From NCBI GenBank assembly GCA_013239625.1, contig MU054204.1:743537-807536 (forward strand): a stretch of DNA of 64,000 bases. The letters are read 5' to 3'. The stretch is from Lama guanicoe. Taxonomy: Eukaryota. A program made the translations under genes and the position numbers. Positions 12,600 to 25,560 of this stretch are shown here, one piece after another. Position 1 is the first letter of the stretch, and every line of letters begins with the position of its first letter. The notes beneath the pieces were generated by a model. It searched no databases. It had not been told where the DNA came from and saw only the letters and a list, made by a program, of their open reading frames with translations.

Positions 12600-13425
12600 A
12601 TTAAGGGGGTCTTTCCTACATATTCACCAACCAGTAGTCAGTTGGGTCCTCGCCAAGGACTGTTAGTTTAGTTTTCCGTCTTTGTTATGCTAATTAGAAT
12701 CAGTTTAATCCCACCAGAGGTCAAGAGTAAACAGCTTTATTGGCTGCTTTACTGACTTCCTCACATTTCATCATCTTTCCAGTACTTTCTGGGTCCCCAG
12801 GCTTCGATTTTTGGTCCTCTAGGCTAAAAATAACCCATGTCCAGGATTAGGATGTTACTGGGAGGGGACAAGTGGGAGGGGAGAAAGAAGGGGTGACAGT
12901 AACAAAAAAAAAGCAGTGGGTTTGGGCCCCTCTCTCTTAAAGCTGCTTGTTCATTGAACAGAAAGGAAGGTTCTTCTTCAGAGTTTTGGCTTTGCCATTT
13001 CCCATTCCCAGCTGCCCTTCGCCTCTGTGGCCACCCCCACCGTGGGACTACCCGGTGACTGCCATGCAAAAGAATAGAAAAAAGAGGCGGGGGAAGCACC
13101 CGTTTATTTCCTGCAGTCTCTGGGCCTTAGGATTTCTTTTTGCTACTCTTCCTGAGCTTCCTTCTGGATCTCCTTTTGCACCACTGTGCTTGCTTCCAGT
13201 TTTCAGAATGTGTTGAGTTTGTGGCGGGAGATGCTGGAGGAACAAAAATGGTAAACTCACCACCAGTTTGTTTTTACTTTTATTTCTAGTGTTCTCTGGT
13301 CTGTCTGCAGATATTTACAGAGTTCTCAAATAGTTGCTCATGCATTCTGTACAAGTTTTATAGTCAAGTTCAGTGGGGGATAAAGAGAGGTGTGTGTTTA
13401 CTCCATCGTATCTGCAATCAAAAAT
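12600..13425 (-). mobile_element. Probable old L1M/HAL1 5' region
   Basis: gttttatagtcaagttcagtggggg...tgtttactccatc resembles the reverse complement of ancient L1 5' ends (recall only; left boundary uncertain). Confidence 0.4.
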
Positions 13426-13789
13426 CAGCCCTCACCTTTAAACCCCATGCCATACTGCCTCTCCACATAAATGCCCCATAGATGCTATGATCTCATCATG
13501 GGCCAACTGGATTTCATTACCTATTTATTCACCTACTCTTACCTCTCCCAGTGATCTCTATCTCAACCAGTCCCACTATTGTTTACCCAGTTGTTCCGGC
13601 CCAAATCCTGAACAGTGTCTTTGACTCTTCCCTCTCTATAATGGCCACATTCAATCATTCATTGATCTTTGCTTCTCCCTCCTTATTTCCACTATCTTAA
13701 ATCATTCAAGCCTTTATTCTTTACCACCTGGATTATTGCTACAGTCAACTAATTAGTGTGACAGGCTGCTATGTTTTATTTTTTATTCA

Positions 13790-14985
13790 ACTTCCTACTT
13801 TTTATTGGGTATATACATGAAAGCAGAGAAAATTATAAGCTCAATATATTATTGATAAATTATCACTAGCTGAACTTACCCCGATCAAGAAATAGAACAT
13901 TACCAGCATCCAAAAACTCCTCCTATGTTTCTCTCAAACACTGTCCCTTCCCTTCTCCCTATAGGTGTCCACTACACTGACTCTCAACACCACAGCTTGG
14001 CTCTGCCATTTTAAAAACTTTGTGTATAAACAGGATTATATTGTATGGATTTTCTTCTGCCTGATTTCCTTAGCTCAACATTATGTTTGTGAGATTTAAT
14101 CATGTTGCTATGTGTTGTTTTATTCTCACTGCTATATAATATTTCATTGTATGTTAAATCAACCATTTTATGGTTGATGGATATTTGGGTTGTTTCCAGT
14201 TTGGGCCTATTAAGAATAGTGCTGCTATGATCCCACTCCTGGGCATGTATCCAGAAAAGATGAAAACTCAAATTGGAAAAGATATATGCACCCTAATACT
14301 CATAACAACACTATTCACAATAGCCAAGACTTGGAAGCAACCTACGTGTCCATCAACAGATGAACAGATAAAGAAGATGTGATATATATAATATATATAT
14401 ATATATATACACACATATATATGATGGAATGTGGTCTATTGATATATATGTGATGGAATATTACTCAGTCATAAAAAGAATGAAATATTGTGATTTGCAG
14501 CAACTTGGATGGACCTAGAGATGATCATACTAAGTGAAGTAAGTGAGATAGAGAAAGACAAACATCATATGATATCACTTATATGTGGAATCTAAATAAA
14601 AAGACAAATGAACTTATTTACAAAACAGACAGAAAACAAACTTATAGTTACCAGTGCAGAAAGGTGGGGACATGGAGAGGTAAATTGGGAGTTCAGGATT
14701 TGAAGATACACACTGCTATATATAAAATAGATAAACAACAAGGTCCTACTGTATAGCACAGGGAACCACATACAATACCTTGTAATAGCACATCATGCAA
14801 GAGAATGTGAAGAGGAATATATATATATATAAAAATAAATGAATATATATATATAAATTCATTTATATGTATATAAATTCATTTATATTTATATAAATGA
14901 ATAACTGTGCTATAACCAGAAATTAACACAACATTAACACAAACTGACTATATTTTAATAAAAAGAAATAGAAATTTTAAAAAGA
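13790..14985. mobile_element. Old L1M 3' fragment (-, ~13790-14228) joined to a younger L1 3' end (+, ~14229-14985)
   Basis: Minus: gatggatatttgggttgtttccagtttg. Plus: atcccactcctgggcatgtatccag...(ORF2 C-terminus [20 protein letters not shown])...tatagcacagggaac...A tail. Confidence 0.85.
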
Positions 14986-15516
14986 ACTTACAATACAAAT
15001 TGATTCTTTCATAAACTGTTCTTATTTTGTATGACAAAAAAAAAGACGGTAGTTATTCATGCAAAACTGCTGTGACTGAACTCTGGGAGGGCACACTCAT
15101 TTTGTATTACTTGTGCTTTCTCTGGTTCCCACAAGCAATCCAGTTACATTAAAGCTTTTATTTTAAAAAATTAGAGGCAGAGAGTAGAATCAACTGGAGA
15201 TGTGGAGAGACTGAGGGAAGGGTCATACTTTCCTATCTCTGCCTCACTGCTTCTCTCCCAAGCCCTGTCTTCTGTTTTCCCCAGATGCCAAATTCCTCTC
15301 TCTCTATTATCAGAATTGCCCTCCTCCACCTATTTCTCCTCCACCTATGTCTCAGTTTTATGCCCTCAGGAGACTTTTTCTCCAGATAATTAAATTATGT
15401 ATAAAAGAGCATTTCTGAGTTTAAACAAAGCCTCCTTTTTTGCCTCCCCTGCCCCCATCCCATTTATCCCTACCTCCACCAGAGGCAAACGGTATTAGGA
15501 ATTTAATGTGTAAAGG

Positions 15517-15670
15517 TTTTTTTGGGGGGAGGGGTTGGGGAGGTTATTAGATTTATTTATTTATTTATTTATTTATTTATTCATTCATTCATTCATTCAT
15601 TCATTTATTTGATGGAGGTACTGGGGATTGAACCCAAGACCTCATGCATGCTAAGCACGCACTCTACCAC
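15517..15670 (-). mobile_element. 5'-truncated Vic-1-type SINE with (TTTA)n(TTCA)n expansion
   Basis: ggaggtactggggattgaaccc...ctctaccac; TSD tgtaaag. Confidence 0.88.
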
Positions 15671-15841
15671 CGGTACCGTTCATTCCGAATTGTAAAGTTT
15701 TGATCAAAGATGGTGGCCTTCCTGAAGACTATGACTACTTACTCTTTCATCCTCCAGATCCTCCACCCCAAACTCAGGGTTTAGTAAGTATTTGAAGAAT
15801 GAAGGGAAGAGTGGATTTTCTGTTCAGTCTTGAACACTAAT

Positions 15842-16002
15842 ATTTTTTAAACCTTTTTTTAAACATTTCTTTTTTTTCTTTTTTCTTGGCGGGTTGAATT
15901 AGGTTTGTTTGTTTGTTTGTTTTTAATGGAGGTACTAGGGATTGAACCCAAGACCTTGTGCATGCTAAAGCACACCCTCTACTGTTGAGCTATACCCTCC
16001 CC
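15842..16002 (-). mobile_element. Vic-1-type SINE
   Basis: Full head; TSD ttgaacactaat at 15830-15841 and 16005-16016. Confidence 0.9.
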
Positions 16003-16454
16003 TTTTGAACACTAATCGTTGATTTACCTCCCACACAGGGGGAAGCTGTCCTGTGAGAGACACGAGGGCAGTACCTGCCCTTGAGGTACTTATGATCTGA
16101 ATGAGGTGAGATAGAAATGCCTAAGAGAGCATATTCTCCAAGCCACATGAAGGAGCCAACTAGCATTGTTGCACTTCAGAGGAAAGACCATGGCAGGCTC
16201 TGTAGGCCTCAGAGCTGAGGTGGGATTTAAGTTGGGTGTTAAAAAAAGGAAAGTCTTAATTAATCAGAGAGTGAGTGGGGGGCACATTGAAAGAAGAAAG
16301 CAACCCAAGTGAATCTGTGGAGGAAGGCATATAAGTACATCTCTGGGCATACAAGTGTCTAGTAGGCTTCTCTCTGACATACAATCATCTACCATTAGCT
16401 GCCAGTCTACATCTGAGGTCCCCAAGACAGCCTGTTATTCTAAAGCAGCTTCTC

Positions 16455-16921
16455 TGAAAGACAAACATCATATGATATCACTTATATGTGGAATCTAAAA
16501 AAAAATGATACAAATGAACTTATTTACAAACTGGAAATAGACTCACAGACATAGAAAACAAGCTATGGTTACCAAAGGAGAAAGGAGTGGTGGGGAAGGA
16601 TAAATTAGGAGTTTAGCATTAAGAAATACACATGACTATATATACAATAGGTTTAAACAACAAGGACCTACTGTATAGCACAGGGAACTATGTTCAATAT
16701 CTTGTAATAACTTATAATGGAAAAGAATCTGAAAAAGAATATATATATATATGTATGTATATGTGTAACTAAATCACTTTGCTGGACACCTGAAACTAAC
16801 ACAACATTGTAAATCAACTATACTTCAATTAAAAATTACTACTTAAAAAATTACTACTTAAATAAAACATTGGCTTATAAATTTAAAAAACTAAAAATAA
16901 ACAAATAAATAAATAAATAAT
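16455..16921 (+). mobile_element. L1 3' end
   Basis: gatatcacttatatgtggaatcta...aactatacttcaattaaaa; TSD aaa(g/a)cagcttctc. Confidence 0.9.
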
Positions 16922-17429
16922 AAAACAGCTTCTCCTGTCACCTTTTGGGGGATTGCAAATGGTATCTCATAGGTCACTAGTTTCACAAAGAACCCTAAAT
17001 TGGATTCTGGATGTGTTACATGAATCCAATGGATATGTGCTGAGGTATAGGATGGGCTGTGCATAGGTAGGGCTCATCCAGAAGTTTTTGTAACTATTAC
17101 TTTATATTTTATTTAACCAACATGTTTATACCATTTACTGGTGCTAGACATTGTTCTAAGCACTTGAAAATATTAACCTTTAACAGATACCAACCTCTTA
17201 TTGACCTGGGAGGAAGTGCTATTGTTATCCTCATTTCAGAGATGAGTAAGCTGAGGCGTAGAGGGATTAAGTCACTTACTCGTGGCCCCACAGCTAATAA
17301 GCAGCAGAGCTGGGATTCAATCAATTCTTAACCATTATGCTCTAGTATCTCTCTGCAAAAATCCTGGTTGAGTGGTTGAATTAAGATCCTTTAAATTCTG
17401 TTAAAGGAGTCTTGAGACTTTTCCTTTTT

Positions 17430-19890
17430 TTTTCTTTTTAACAAACTCCTTATTTTGGTATAATTTTAGATTTACATATAAGCTACCAAAAATTCACTCA
17501 GTTTCCCCTTACGTTAGCATGTTACATAACTGAGGCCCTTGTGTCAAAATTGAGAAATCAACATTGTTACATTACTGTAAACTAAACTACAGAATTTATT
17601 TGTATTATACCAGTTTTTTCACTAATGTTCTTTTTCTGTTCCAGGATTCAATCCAGGCTACCATTTTGTATTTTGTCATCATATCTCTTTAGTCTCCTCT
17701 GTCTGGTCTGCCAGTTTGTCAGCCTTTCCCTGGTTCTCATGACCTTGACAGTTCTGAAGAGTACTGGCCAGGTATTTCATAGAATGTCCCTCAATTTGGG
17801 TTTGTTTGATGTTTTCCTTATAACTAGACTGGGGCTATTGGTTTGGGGGAAGAACACCACAGAAGTGAAGTGCCCTTCTCATCTCATGGTATCAGGGGAC
17901 CTGTGACATCCACATGACATCACTGGTGATGTCAACCTTCATCACCTTTCTAAGTTAGTGCCTGCCAGATTTCTCCATCATAAAGATACTATATTTCTGT
18001 TTCTATACACATTTCTATTCTGCACATGTATTGGTTAGAAGTGAATTATGAAGCCCAGCCCATACTCAAGGGGTGAAGGTGTTAAGCTCCACCACCTAGA
18101 GGAAAGGAGTATATACATATATGTATATGTATATATATTGAATGAACACTCCCCATATCCCATGCCCATCTAGTCCCTGTTCTTCCCTGCTCTCCTTCTC
18201 TGGTGGACAGCCTTCAGTCATTGTATTACTCCTTTTGCCCATCCCCAATACATCCATTCTTAGATATAAACTACATTTCTTTTTTTTTAATTGAAGTATA
18301 GTCAATTACAATGTGTCAATTTCTGGTGTACAGCATAATGTTTCAGTCATACATGTACATACATACATTCATTTTCATGTTCTTTTTCATTATAGGTTAC
18401 TACAAGGTATTGAATATAGTTCCTTGTGCTATACAGAAGAAATTTTTTTTATCTATTTTATACATAGTAGTTAATATTTGCAAATCTCAAACTCCCAATT
18501 TATCCCTTCCCTTTTCTTTCAGAAAAGAACCTGAAAATACATGTATGTATATGTATAACTGAATTGCTTTGCTGTACACCTGAAACTAACATTGTAAATC
18601 AACTACACTTCAATAAAAATAAAAATTAAAAAAAATCTTTGAGATATAATTCACATATCATACAATGCACCAGTTTAAAGTATATGTACAATTCAATGTT
18701 TTTTAGTATATTCACAGATATGTGTAACCATTACAGTTAATTTTAGAGCATTTTCACCACATCAAGAAGAAACCGTAATGAACTCATATACAAAACAGAA
18801 ACAGACTCACAGATGTAGTAAACGATTTTATGGTTACTGGGGAAAAGGGGGTAGGAAGGGATAAATTTGGGAGTTTGAGATCTGCAAAAGTTTGAGATCT
18901 AAACAATAGATTTAAAAAAAATTTCTGCTGTATAGCATAGTGAACTATGTTCAATATCTTGCAATAACCTTTAGTGAAATAGAATATGAAAATGAATATA
19001 TGTATATATATATGACTGGGACATTATGCTGTATACCAGAAATTGACACATTGTAACTGACTATACTTCAATTAAAAAAGAAAGAAAAATGAAAAGAAAA
19101 GAAACCATTTAGCTATCATCCCTCTATTTCCTCGTTCCCTCCTCCCAGACTAAGCATCTACTAATCTACTTTTTGTCTCCATATATTTCCCTTTTCTGAA
19201 CTTTCATATAAGTGGAATCATGTAGTATGTGGTATTTTGTGACTATCTTCCTTTACTTAGCATAATGTTTTCAAGGTTCATCCATGTTATAGCATATATA
19301 TTAGTACTTCATTCCTTTTTATAGCTGAATAATATTCTACTGTATATATACCATATTTTTTAATCAATTTTTCCATTGATGGACATTTGGGTTGTTTCTG
19401 ACTTTTAGTTATTGTGAATAATGCTGTTGTAAATACTCATGTACACGTTTCTGTGTGGGCATATGTTTTCATTTCTTTTGCCTATATACCTAGGAGTGGA
19501 ATTGCTGGGTCATATGCTAACCCTATGTTTAATCATTTAAGGAAACACCAGACTATTTCTCAAAGTGGGTGTACTATTTTGTGTTCCCACCAGTACTGTA
19601 TGAAGGTTTCTGTTTCTCCACATCCTCCACGTCAACATTTATTATCTGACATTTTTTCTTCTAGCCATCCTAGTAGATATAAAATAGTATCTCATTGTGA
19701 TTTTGATTTGCAGCATTTCCTCAATGACTAATGATATCTCAGCACCTTTTAAATTGTTTTTTGGCCATTCCTATATCCCATTTAGAGAACTGTATATTCC
19801 AATTTTTTTGCCCATGTTTTAATTGGGTTATTTATCTTTTTATTATTGAGTTGTAAGAGTTCTTTATCTTTTCTAGACACAAATCCCTTA
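17430..19890. mobile_element. Nested L1 cluster: old L1M fragments (-) with younger L1 3' ends at 18279-18515 (-), 18521-18635 (+) and 18775-19100 (+)
   Basis: Recognisable L1 3' UTR motifs on both strands; aagaaacc TSD around the 18775 insertion. Confidence 0.85.
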
Positions 19891-20239
19891 CTCTTTTTCC
19901 CATCACTTGGCTGCAATCCATGTCTGGTAGGAAAGTGCCCATGGCAGACCTTGCAGTCAAGATGATGTTGTAATAAAGCAGGAGAGAGCCTCAAACAGAA
20001 AGAGTTGTACATGTAGAGAAAGGAAAAGGACCCATCCTGCTTCTGAATTTTCTAGAAGTCTGGCAGCACATAGAGAGGATCCCAGGCCAAGGAGAGCTGG
20101 CAACATCTAGGCTAGCAATGCTACTCCGGGTAGTTGTTAAAAATTACTTGACCATATACAAACTTTATGAAATGGTGTTCTTTCTGAGGAACATCTCATT
20201 CTCTGCTTGGTAATTTCAGCTCCTTATCTTGGGACAATC

Positions 20240-20728
20240 ATGCCAGTGTTCATGAAAAATTGTTCACGACTCTTGTTAAAGACAGTAAGGCAGACTTTAT
20301 TTGGGGGACTACTACAATGAGGTTTACAGTGGGGAAGAGAGGTTGGGCTTGATTTGGAATACAACAAGGAAAAGTAAGGAATTGTAGTCAATGAACAAGG
20401 TTGGGGCGGGTATTTCAGTGGATGAAAATTTACTAAGAGGAAACATCAGGGATAAGGGGGGATTCTGGCTAAACTGACCTAACAGGATTCTAATTGAAGG
20501 CATTCAGGGTGATCAGACACCACCTGGGGGATGGTGGAGGTTTAGGAATATGACCAATATTGAGGGTGATCAGATGGGGGTTGGGGAACAATTCTGGTTA
20601 AACAGGCCTAGCAGGATTCTTGCTAAAATTGGATAATGCAGAGAGGAACACAGAAGCTCAAAAGTCAGGGCCTAGTTGAGAAGACTGTTAGAGCCTGACT
20701 AAAGTTTGGTCAAGGAGAGACTCTGAAA
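20240..20728 (-). mobile_element. ERV1-class solo LTR (MER31/MER67-like)
   Basis: Reverse complement begins gagtctctccttgaccaaactttagtcaggctc, with AATAAA on the minus strand (tttatt near 20296). Family assigned from recall. Confidence 0.6.
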
Positions 20729-22357
20729 CCAGTCTCCCACCCCAACCCCCCTACATTTTCCTTGTCTACTTCCCTGGGAATACAAACACTCCTCAAGGCT
20801 ATTGTGTGGTCTGATGGTTGCTAGGCAACCCCCAGGGCCCCTTTCAAACTGTAGTGTCCCCCACTCCCCCTCCTGGCTAGAGTGCCCTTGCCCCTCCTTA
20901 TGGCAGTATTCTTCATCCCATAACAAAGACTCTTCTGCCTGCCAGCTGTACTGCCAAAGGCAAGGAAGAGACAGCTCAGACCTGGTGGGGGAGGGGTCCA
21001 GAGTTGTGTAAGTCCTTAGGGTTCTCCCCAGCAACCAAAGCCATGTTGGTGCTGTAGGTTACCTCTCCGTTTTGCAATGTCCATTTCCCAAGTGAGAGGA
21101 ACTGGGAGCCCTAAAGTTTGACCACTGTCACCCCTGGGGAGGGTCTGGCACCAGCAGGGGTTAATCTTCACATTCTTAGGGCTCATGAGCCCCAGCCATA
21201 ACCTCACTCCCTCCATACTTTACTCGTTAAGGGCCTGGGTTTCTGAGGTTCCCCCCCATGACCCAAATGCAAATTTGGGTAGGTCTGAGGTCCAAACTTT
21301 GGCTTAAATGTGATCTCGTGGGTAGACATGGTGGGAGTGTTTATTTTGCTCAGAAAGGACCAGCAGGCAAAGAGGAGCTTTTGGAAAGTCTGTATGGCCC
21401 CACCCCTGAAATGGGAACATTATGTAACTGCCACATCCTGGGAATGAACTCTGCAGATATGGACAAGAACAGGAGGTGTATTCAGCCTGGGAGCCTCCCA
21501 AAGAATAAACCTTGCCACCAGACTACCTGGGTTCAAATAACAACTTCATCACTTACTAGTTATGTGACTCTAGGAAACTTACTTCACCTCTCTGTATCTC
21601 ATGAGTTCCCCATAAATTGGGAGAATAGTTCCTAACTCATAAGGTTGCTGGGGGATCTAAAATGTGTTAATATATACAGTGATAAGTGTTTACTGTTATT
21701 TTCATTGTGGATGGAAAGGAGGGCAAATATCTTGGTTTTCAAGGGCCTAAGCCTGGCAACTCTTGATTCCCATAGAACCAATAGGCACTGAGAATCTGGG
21801 GTGTGGGCACTTCCCTTATACTGATGGTTAATCCTCTCAACAACCCAGTAATGTATGATTAGTCCTGTTTAGCAGATACATCTCTCAGCAAGGCAGGGAA
21901 GAGTGTAGGGTTGGGGTCAGTGGGGAGTGAGTACGTGAATAGCTTAGTCTCCTGACTTCCCCTCCAGTCTGCAACAGGGAGCTGAGAAAAGAACAATCTC
22001 TGGACAGCAGGCTGGCAAAGCTGTTTTATGGAGTCAAAGTACAATGAATTAGAGGGAAGAACTGCCAGTAGGGAAGGGCTTCCTGCTTGGATCCTGAGCC
22101 ATATTTTGACTTCTGGTTCCAAGCGGCGGGTTTCCTCTGAAGGTGGAATTTATTTCACTCCTGTAGACAGAACCCAGGAAATGAACCTTGTTTCCTATAA
22201 GCTAACCTGAGTACTTTCCAAAGAAAGACACTAGGTCTTCAGGAATCACCAACTCTAGCTACCTCGTCCCTCCCACCCCTCATAAGCCAACATATATAAA
22301 CAACACTGGGCCGCTGCTCAATGAGAACTTTGATTTCTAAAGAGTGAAAAATCTCTC

Positions 22358-22528
22358 AGGGGAAAGGGGTGGGAGGGGGGAGGTATATATTAGAAATTTG
22401 GGATTAACAGATACACACTACTATATATAAAAGAGTTAAACAAAAAGGACCTACTGTATAGCACAGGGAACTATAGTCAATACCTTGTAATAACCTATAA
22501 TGGAAAAGAATCTGAAAAAGAATATATA

Positions 22529-22590
<62 letters not shown>

Positions 22591-22659
22591 ACTGAATCAC
22601 TATGCTGCATACCTGAAACTAACACATTGTAAATCAATTATACCTCAATTAAAAAAAAA
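22358..22659 (+). mobile_element. L1 3' end with (TA)n microsatellite (~22522-22587)
   Basis: gggattaacagatacacactac...tatacctcaattaaaaaaaaa; TSD aaaaatctc. Confidence 0.9.
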
Positions 22660-23049
22660 TCTCACTTCATTCCAGATTTGTTGAATGAATATCTACTGAT
22701 TCCCAAAGCAGAAGAAATACTTTTCAGAAGGAAGAGCTCAAAAGCAAGGGATAGTAGTGACCTTGTTCTCATATGCCTTTATTCCACTACATTTCTGAGC
22801 CCTTGCTACTACTCTTAGAGGGAAGTAGGGAATCTGCCTTTGACTAATAAAAGAATGGAGTTAAGAGAAGTTCAGAGGTTAGCTTAGATGGTGAGTAACA
22901 GGACCCAAGGCTATAACTTGATTCCCAGCTCCTGGTTTGTCCCCCTCACAACTAGGACTCTCCTCAGACAGAGTATGTAAACTTGCCTCCTGAGATTACC
23001 AGCCAGATACATTTTAGTACACACTTCACCCTCCACCCTTATACTCTAG

Positions 23050-25560
23050 GTCAAAGCCAAATTAAGACTTCTGAGGCATAAGGACTAAAAAAAATTTTTT
23101 TGGTAAATCAGCTATTTATCCATTGGATCTTTTGCATCTTTAAATTTATGTATAGACTATCCAAGTCTTAGCATGTCCAACATTTTTAAATCCTCTGAAA
23201 CAAATTAATGTCATAAGTTAAACTTCTCCTTCTCAGGAAAAAATGGTTCTAAAGCATGAGGTAATTTGAACTTGTGAAATTGAAGTTGTATTCCAGATAA
23301 GTTATAGTTTTATTAAAGAAATTGAGACAGCCTGGTTTAATGTGGCTGCCCTTTTGGGGCACATTTTTTTTAAGTCCTGAAGAAGTCTTCTTTCAAAAAC
23401 ATGAGTCATTTTTTTGCCATATGAATTTTTGTTGCAGTGTACACCTAACATCAAACAGCTCAGGTGCAGACAGGTCATCCTTTTCTAGGGTTCATATGAC
23501 CTCTTCAAAGATCTTCAGACATTTTTGGAGAAACAGTAGATAAATTTGTTTTACTACAATCCTTTTCTCCACTCACATTCTCAATGTATTTTTAAATTAG
23601 GGAAGGACTTTCTTCTTGCCCTATATTTTGAAATTATGATTTTATGTCAGGCTGACATTCTAACACTTTTTCTATGGCCAGCAACAATGACAGGCATCTT
23701 GTAGGCACATGTCTAAGGAGACTGTCTCTTTCTGTTTCTATAAAATAAGAAATCTCATTATGTGCTTCTGCATGTTTTGAAGAAATTGAAAGTGACCCAA
23801 AACTTTCATTATGAAGCCCTAATTTCACAGGTAAGTAACACACATTCGTTTTAAGCAGCTGTGTACGAGGTGCACAGGACATGTAACAAGCTAAATATTT
23901 TCATTTTCTTTAGTACATTTAATAGACTGAATGGAATTTTCTAAACGTACATGTGTACTGTCTGCTGAATATACAGATAGATGAGCAAAATCTAGTTTGT
24001 ATCATTTTGCTTCCTGTGGTTTCATTAACATCTTCATAGATATCAAAGACACAATATGAAACTTCACTTTTAAAAAATAAAAATACCCAATAACTAGGGG
24101 GAAGAGCTTTTCCTTGCTGAGATCAGACCCATCATTTGATACATTTGATCATCTGATTTCAGATCTTACCAATGATCATGCTTTTTATATTGGTAAGAAC
24201 CAGATCTTACCAATGCTAGAAGGGACCAACTTATCTGTTATCAAAATTTCCCCCTTTTTTTTGCCTATAGTTGCAACCTCTGAATCAGGATATGTAACTT
24301 CAGCCAGATCCATAGAGTGCTCAAAGGAATAACATGATAATGCGTGTTTATTTGTACAGCACGCCCATGCTAATTCAGTGGCTGTTATTTTCAACTGAGC
24401 AGTGGTGTCTTTGGGGGAGACTATTGATTGATTCAGAAGTACTTGCCAGTCTCGTCCAGGACTTGTAAGATTCAGTCTCCATATGAGATTTCACATACCC
24501 TTCTTCACTATGCCCAATACCAGATTCTTTATATTGTGTACTAGGTTCTGTTTGGGTTATTTACCTCCCTAATCCAGTTTTATGTGGTCTAACCTTTCTA
24601 AAATAACATAAAAGTTTAGCCTTCTTTTTCAGTGATGCTAGCATTGGTATCGTAATGGTTCTCATTTTCATTATCTGAATTCTTATAGCGCATGGTGTTA
24701 TGGGCTGAATTATCTTCCTCTCAAATTCACATGTTCAACCCCAACCCCCAGTATCTAAGAATGTGGTTGTATTTGGAGATAGGGCTTTTAAAGAGGTGAT
24801 TAAGTCTGTTAGAATGGGCCCTGATCCAATCTGACTGTGTCCTTATAAGAAGAGGAAATTTGGATACGTGGAGACACCAGGAGTGTGTGCTATGCAGAGG
24901 AAATACCATGGGAAGAGACAGGGAGAAGGCAGCAATCTTTAAGCCAGGAGAGAGCCCTCAGAAGAAAGTAAACCTGCCCACATCTTCATCTTGGACTTCC
25001 CAGCTTCCAGAACTGTGAGTAATAAATTTCTGTTGTTTAAGCCACCCAGTCTGTGTATTCTGTTACTGCAGCCTAAGCAGACTAAGGCACATGGTGACAA
25101 TATTCACACTGTTAAAGGTTCAATTAGCGATATTTCAATACAAATCACAATAGCTGATATACAGGCAAAGTCAAAGACTATTAATGCTTATTTTTACAAT
25201 GTACTTCAATTGCACACCAAAGTGGCGTCATTCAGAGTGGTGCAATGATGATCCATTACTGTGAACCAAATCATGGTTGTCAATATCAGCAGCAGGAGGG
25301 GTGGGAGGAACAGCCACAACAACTACAGAAAGCAGATATCTGCACCATATCCACTTCACACTAAAAACTGTGTTGTTTTCACCCTCTATTCGGAGGGCCA
25401 TAATACAAGTTTTATACTCCCCACCCCTCTCCGCAATCTATGGCACCAATCACTGAAAATTGAGACTTTTCACATCCCAGGGAGGGGTTTCCTGGGATTC
25501 AGGACTTTCAGTCCTAAAATGGTAACAATTCAAAGCAAATCAAGACAATTGGCCGTCCTG
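23050..25560 (-). mobile_element. Decayed autonomous hAT DNA transposon (Blackjack-like) with transposase remnants
   Basis: Minus-strand fragments with stops and frameshifts: BED-finger-like GIGHSEEGYVKSHMETE, SNDGSD..KLFPLVIGYF, YSADST, TCPVHLVH (CxxH), LLRHVPTRCLSLL (RW motif). MER94-like terminus at ~25485-25560. Left boundary uncertain. Confidence 0.75.
24696..25089 (+). mobile_element. MaLR solo LTR (MLT1B/C-like)
   Basis: TG...CA ends, aataaatttctgttgtttaagcc, and a perfect 5-bp TSD CATGG (24691-24695 / 25090-25094). Confidence 0.9.

Noticed and set aside
23634..23882. 82-aa ORF as a domesticated transposase (ZBED-like) gene
   Set aside because: Flanked by multiple stops and frameshifts, conserved residues are lost (RW to RC), and an LTR interrupts the element.
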